Assembly: GCA_031392105.1 (NCBI GenBank)
Contig: JANMUW010000267.1
Location: 1 to 53,409 of the forward strand
Direction of reading: 5' to 3'
DNA: 53,409 nt
Source: Acidobacteriota bacterium
GTDB taxonomy: Bacteria > Acidobacteriota > Blastocatellia > Pyrinomonadales > Pyrinomonadaceae
The notes under the pieces are model-generated. The model saw nothing but the letters and a program-made list of their open reading frames with translations. It was not told where the DNA came from and did not search any database. Each line of letters starts with the position of its first letter. Position 1 is the first letter of the stretch. This document shows positions 52,451 through 53,409 of this stretch, piece by piece. The position numbers were made by a program, and so were the translations under genes.

Positions 52451-53409
52451 ATGAGTGATTACAAGGAACGTTTTGAGAAATGGCAGCGTGATGCGAAGGA
52501 AAAGTTTGATGAGATCGACAAGCAGCTGGGCCTGAAAGAGAAGATCGAAGAAGGCGCGCGTGCTGTTGTCGAGACCGCTCAAAAGGGCGCCGAAAAGATA
52601 AAAGCCGAAGCCGAAAAGAGCGACGTCGGGAAGCAGGCCGTTAGAGTTGCAGAGGAGACGATCAAGACCGCCGAGGCAACTGCCAAAAAAGCCTGGAGCG
52701 CGAGCGAACCGATCAGGGACGTCGCCGAAGATGCCAGCGAGCGAGCCGGTGACGTAGTAGGCGCCGCTGGAAAAGCTGCCGGTGAGGTTATCAGCGTCGC
52801 CGCTGAAAAAGCCGGCGATATTTTCGATGATGCCCGCGAGACTGTCGGCGCAAATGCGAAGCGTGTCTCGCGTGCATTCAATTTCGGAGCAGGTTTTAGC
52901 CGGACGATGGACTCGGCGTTCAAATCATTCTCCAAGGCATCAGGATGGGTCCAGGAGAATCCGCTACAAGCCGCGACGACCGGAGTTTCGATGGCGGTCG
53001 GTGCCGGCCTCGGCGTCATCTTCACGGGTATCAGCTCGCACTGGCTTTTCAACTCCGCCCTCCCCGCATGGTCGGTGAAAAAGATCGGTGAGCAGTTCAA
53101 TGAATTCCTCAAACGCAAAGAAGAGTTGATCGAGAAAGGGCGTCTGAGCGAAGCTGAAGCTGAACGAATTCGCTTCGAACGCGATATCGCGAAACGGATC
53201 GGAGCACCTCTGCTCGGCGCGTTCTCATTCGCGTCCGGCGCGGTGATGATGACAAATATCTTCAACCCGAAAACGATCACCGGTGCTCCGATAGACTGGA
53301 TCATCGGCGGTAATCCACTACTCGAGGGAGTTTGGTTCTTCGGTAACGGAATGGTCTGCTTCAAGACAAGCTACGACTTTTTCATGATCGCCCTCGACGG
53401 CCAGGAAGA
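52451..53409 (+). CDS. Hypothetical membrane protein with A/E/K-rich amphipathic N-terminal region (partial, runs off the window; not in ORF track)
   Basis: I translated 319 open codons from ATG 52451 to the window end: MSDYKERFEKWQRDAKEKFDEIDKQLG..AVVETAQKGAEKIKAEAEK.., followed by hydrophobic segments (VSMAVGAGLGVIFTGI, LLGAFSFASGAVMMTNIF). A possible promoter is TTGTAC, 18 nt, TAATTA near 52340-52369. Confidence 0.6.
   Translation, partial: MSDYKERFEKWQRDAKEKFDEIDKQLGLKEKIEEGARAVVETAQKGAEKIKAEAEKSDVGKQAVRVAEETIKTAEATAKKAWSASEPIRDVAEDASERAGDVVGAAGKAAGEVISVAAEKAGDIFDDARETVGANAKRVSRAFNFGAGFSRTMDSAFKSFSKASGWVQENPLQAATTGVSMAVGAGLGVIFTGISSHWLFNSALPAWSVKKIGEQFNEFLKRKEELIEKGRLSEAEAERIRFERDIAKRIGAPLLGAFSFASGAVMMTNIFNPKTITGAPIDWIIGGNPLLEGVWFFGNGMVCFKTSYDFFMIALDGQE

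Noticed and set aside
52579-53364. 261-aa minus-strand ORF from the track
   Set aside because: The product is Ala/Ser/Pro/Arg-rich low-complexity with no start context. It is antisense to a 319-codon open plus-strand frame with protein-like composition and a plausible promoter.
1-53409. Search for mobile elements, prophage, CRISPR-Cas, restriction-modification, toxin-antitoxin or other known defence modules
   Set aside because: I saw no transposase, integrase, recombinase, Cas, methyltransferase, nuclease or reverse-transcriptase-like ORFs, and no tRNA integration site. The CI-like HTH gene is not accompanied by any phage structural or lysis genes.

Overview
A dense 53.4-kb chromosomal segment with about 50 CDS, mostly housekeeping. 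The protein families (a CarboxypepD_reg-type TonB-dependent receptor, many Sec-signal hypotheticals) suggest an Acidobacteriota-like Gram-negative, but that is inference only.

Recognisable blocks:
- TonB-dependent receptor (175-3351, minus).
- Small enzymes: D-Ala-D-Ala dipeptidase, YceI, DinB, HI0933-type flavoprotein, BshB1-like deacetylase, MBL hydrolase, LipB, esterase, CocE/NonD hydrolase.
- Complete cell-shape and peptidoglycan cluster on the minus strand: mreB-mreC-mreD-mrdA-rodA, followed by class A PBP (21242-29547).
- Stress string CBS-hsp20-lon (34146-37662, minus).
- nadA.
- Phosphate island: PiT with its DUF47 partner, a DUF2490-like protein, and pstSCAB-phoU (41363-48425). 11-bp-phased GTTAAC direct repeats (Pho-box-like) sit in both control regions.
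- M48 peptidase, MFS transporter, yacG.

I saw no rRNA, tRNA, CRISPR array, transposase, integrase or recognisable defence gene.

Two things stand out:
1. At 9044-11344 there is a three-gene module: a CI-type HTH protein lacking an S24 domain, a small secreted peptide with a duplicated DGEMGGGGLA motif on the opposite strand, and a TPR protein ending in a LexA/CI S24-like fold. I read it as a candidate peptide-sensing switch. This is a hypothesis.
2. There is a recurrent class of long (50-125 bp) imperfect palindromes whose arms are built from tandem 7-13 nt words. They fill about a dozen spacers next to gene 3-prime ends and often run into CDS 3-prime ends. At least two sub-families recur at unlinked loci. 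They are distinct from the conventional short GC-stem, U-tract terminators that are also present.

Several ORF-track starts were revised from signal peptides, SD sequences or promoters. Two ORFs missing from the track are proposed: 5532-5675 (minus) and 52451 to the window end (plus).
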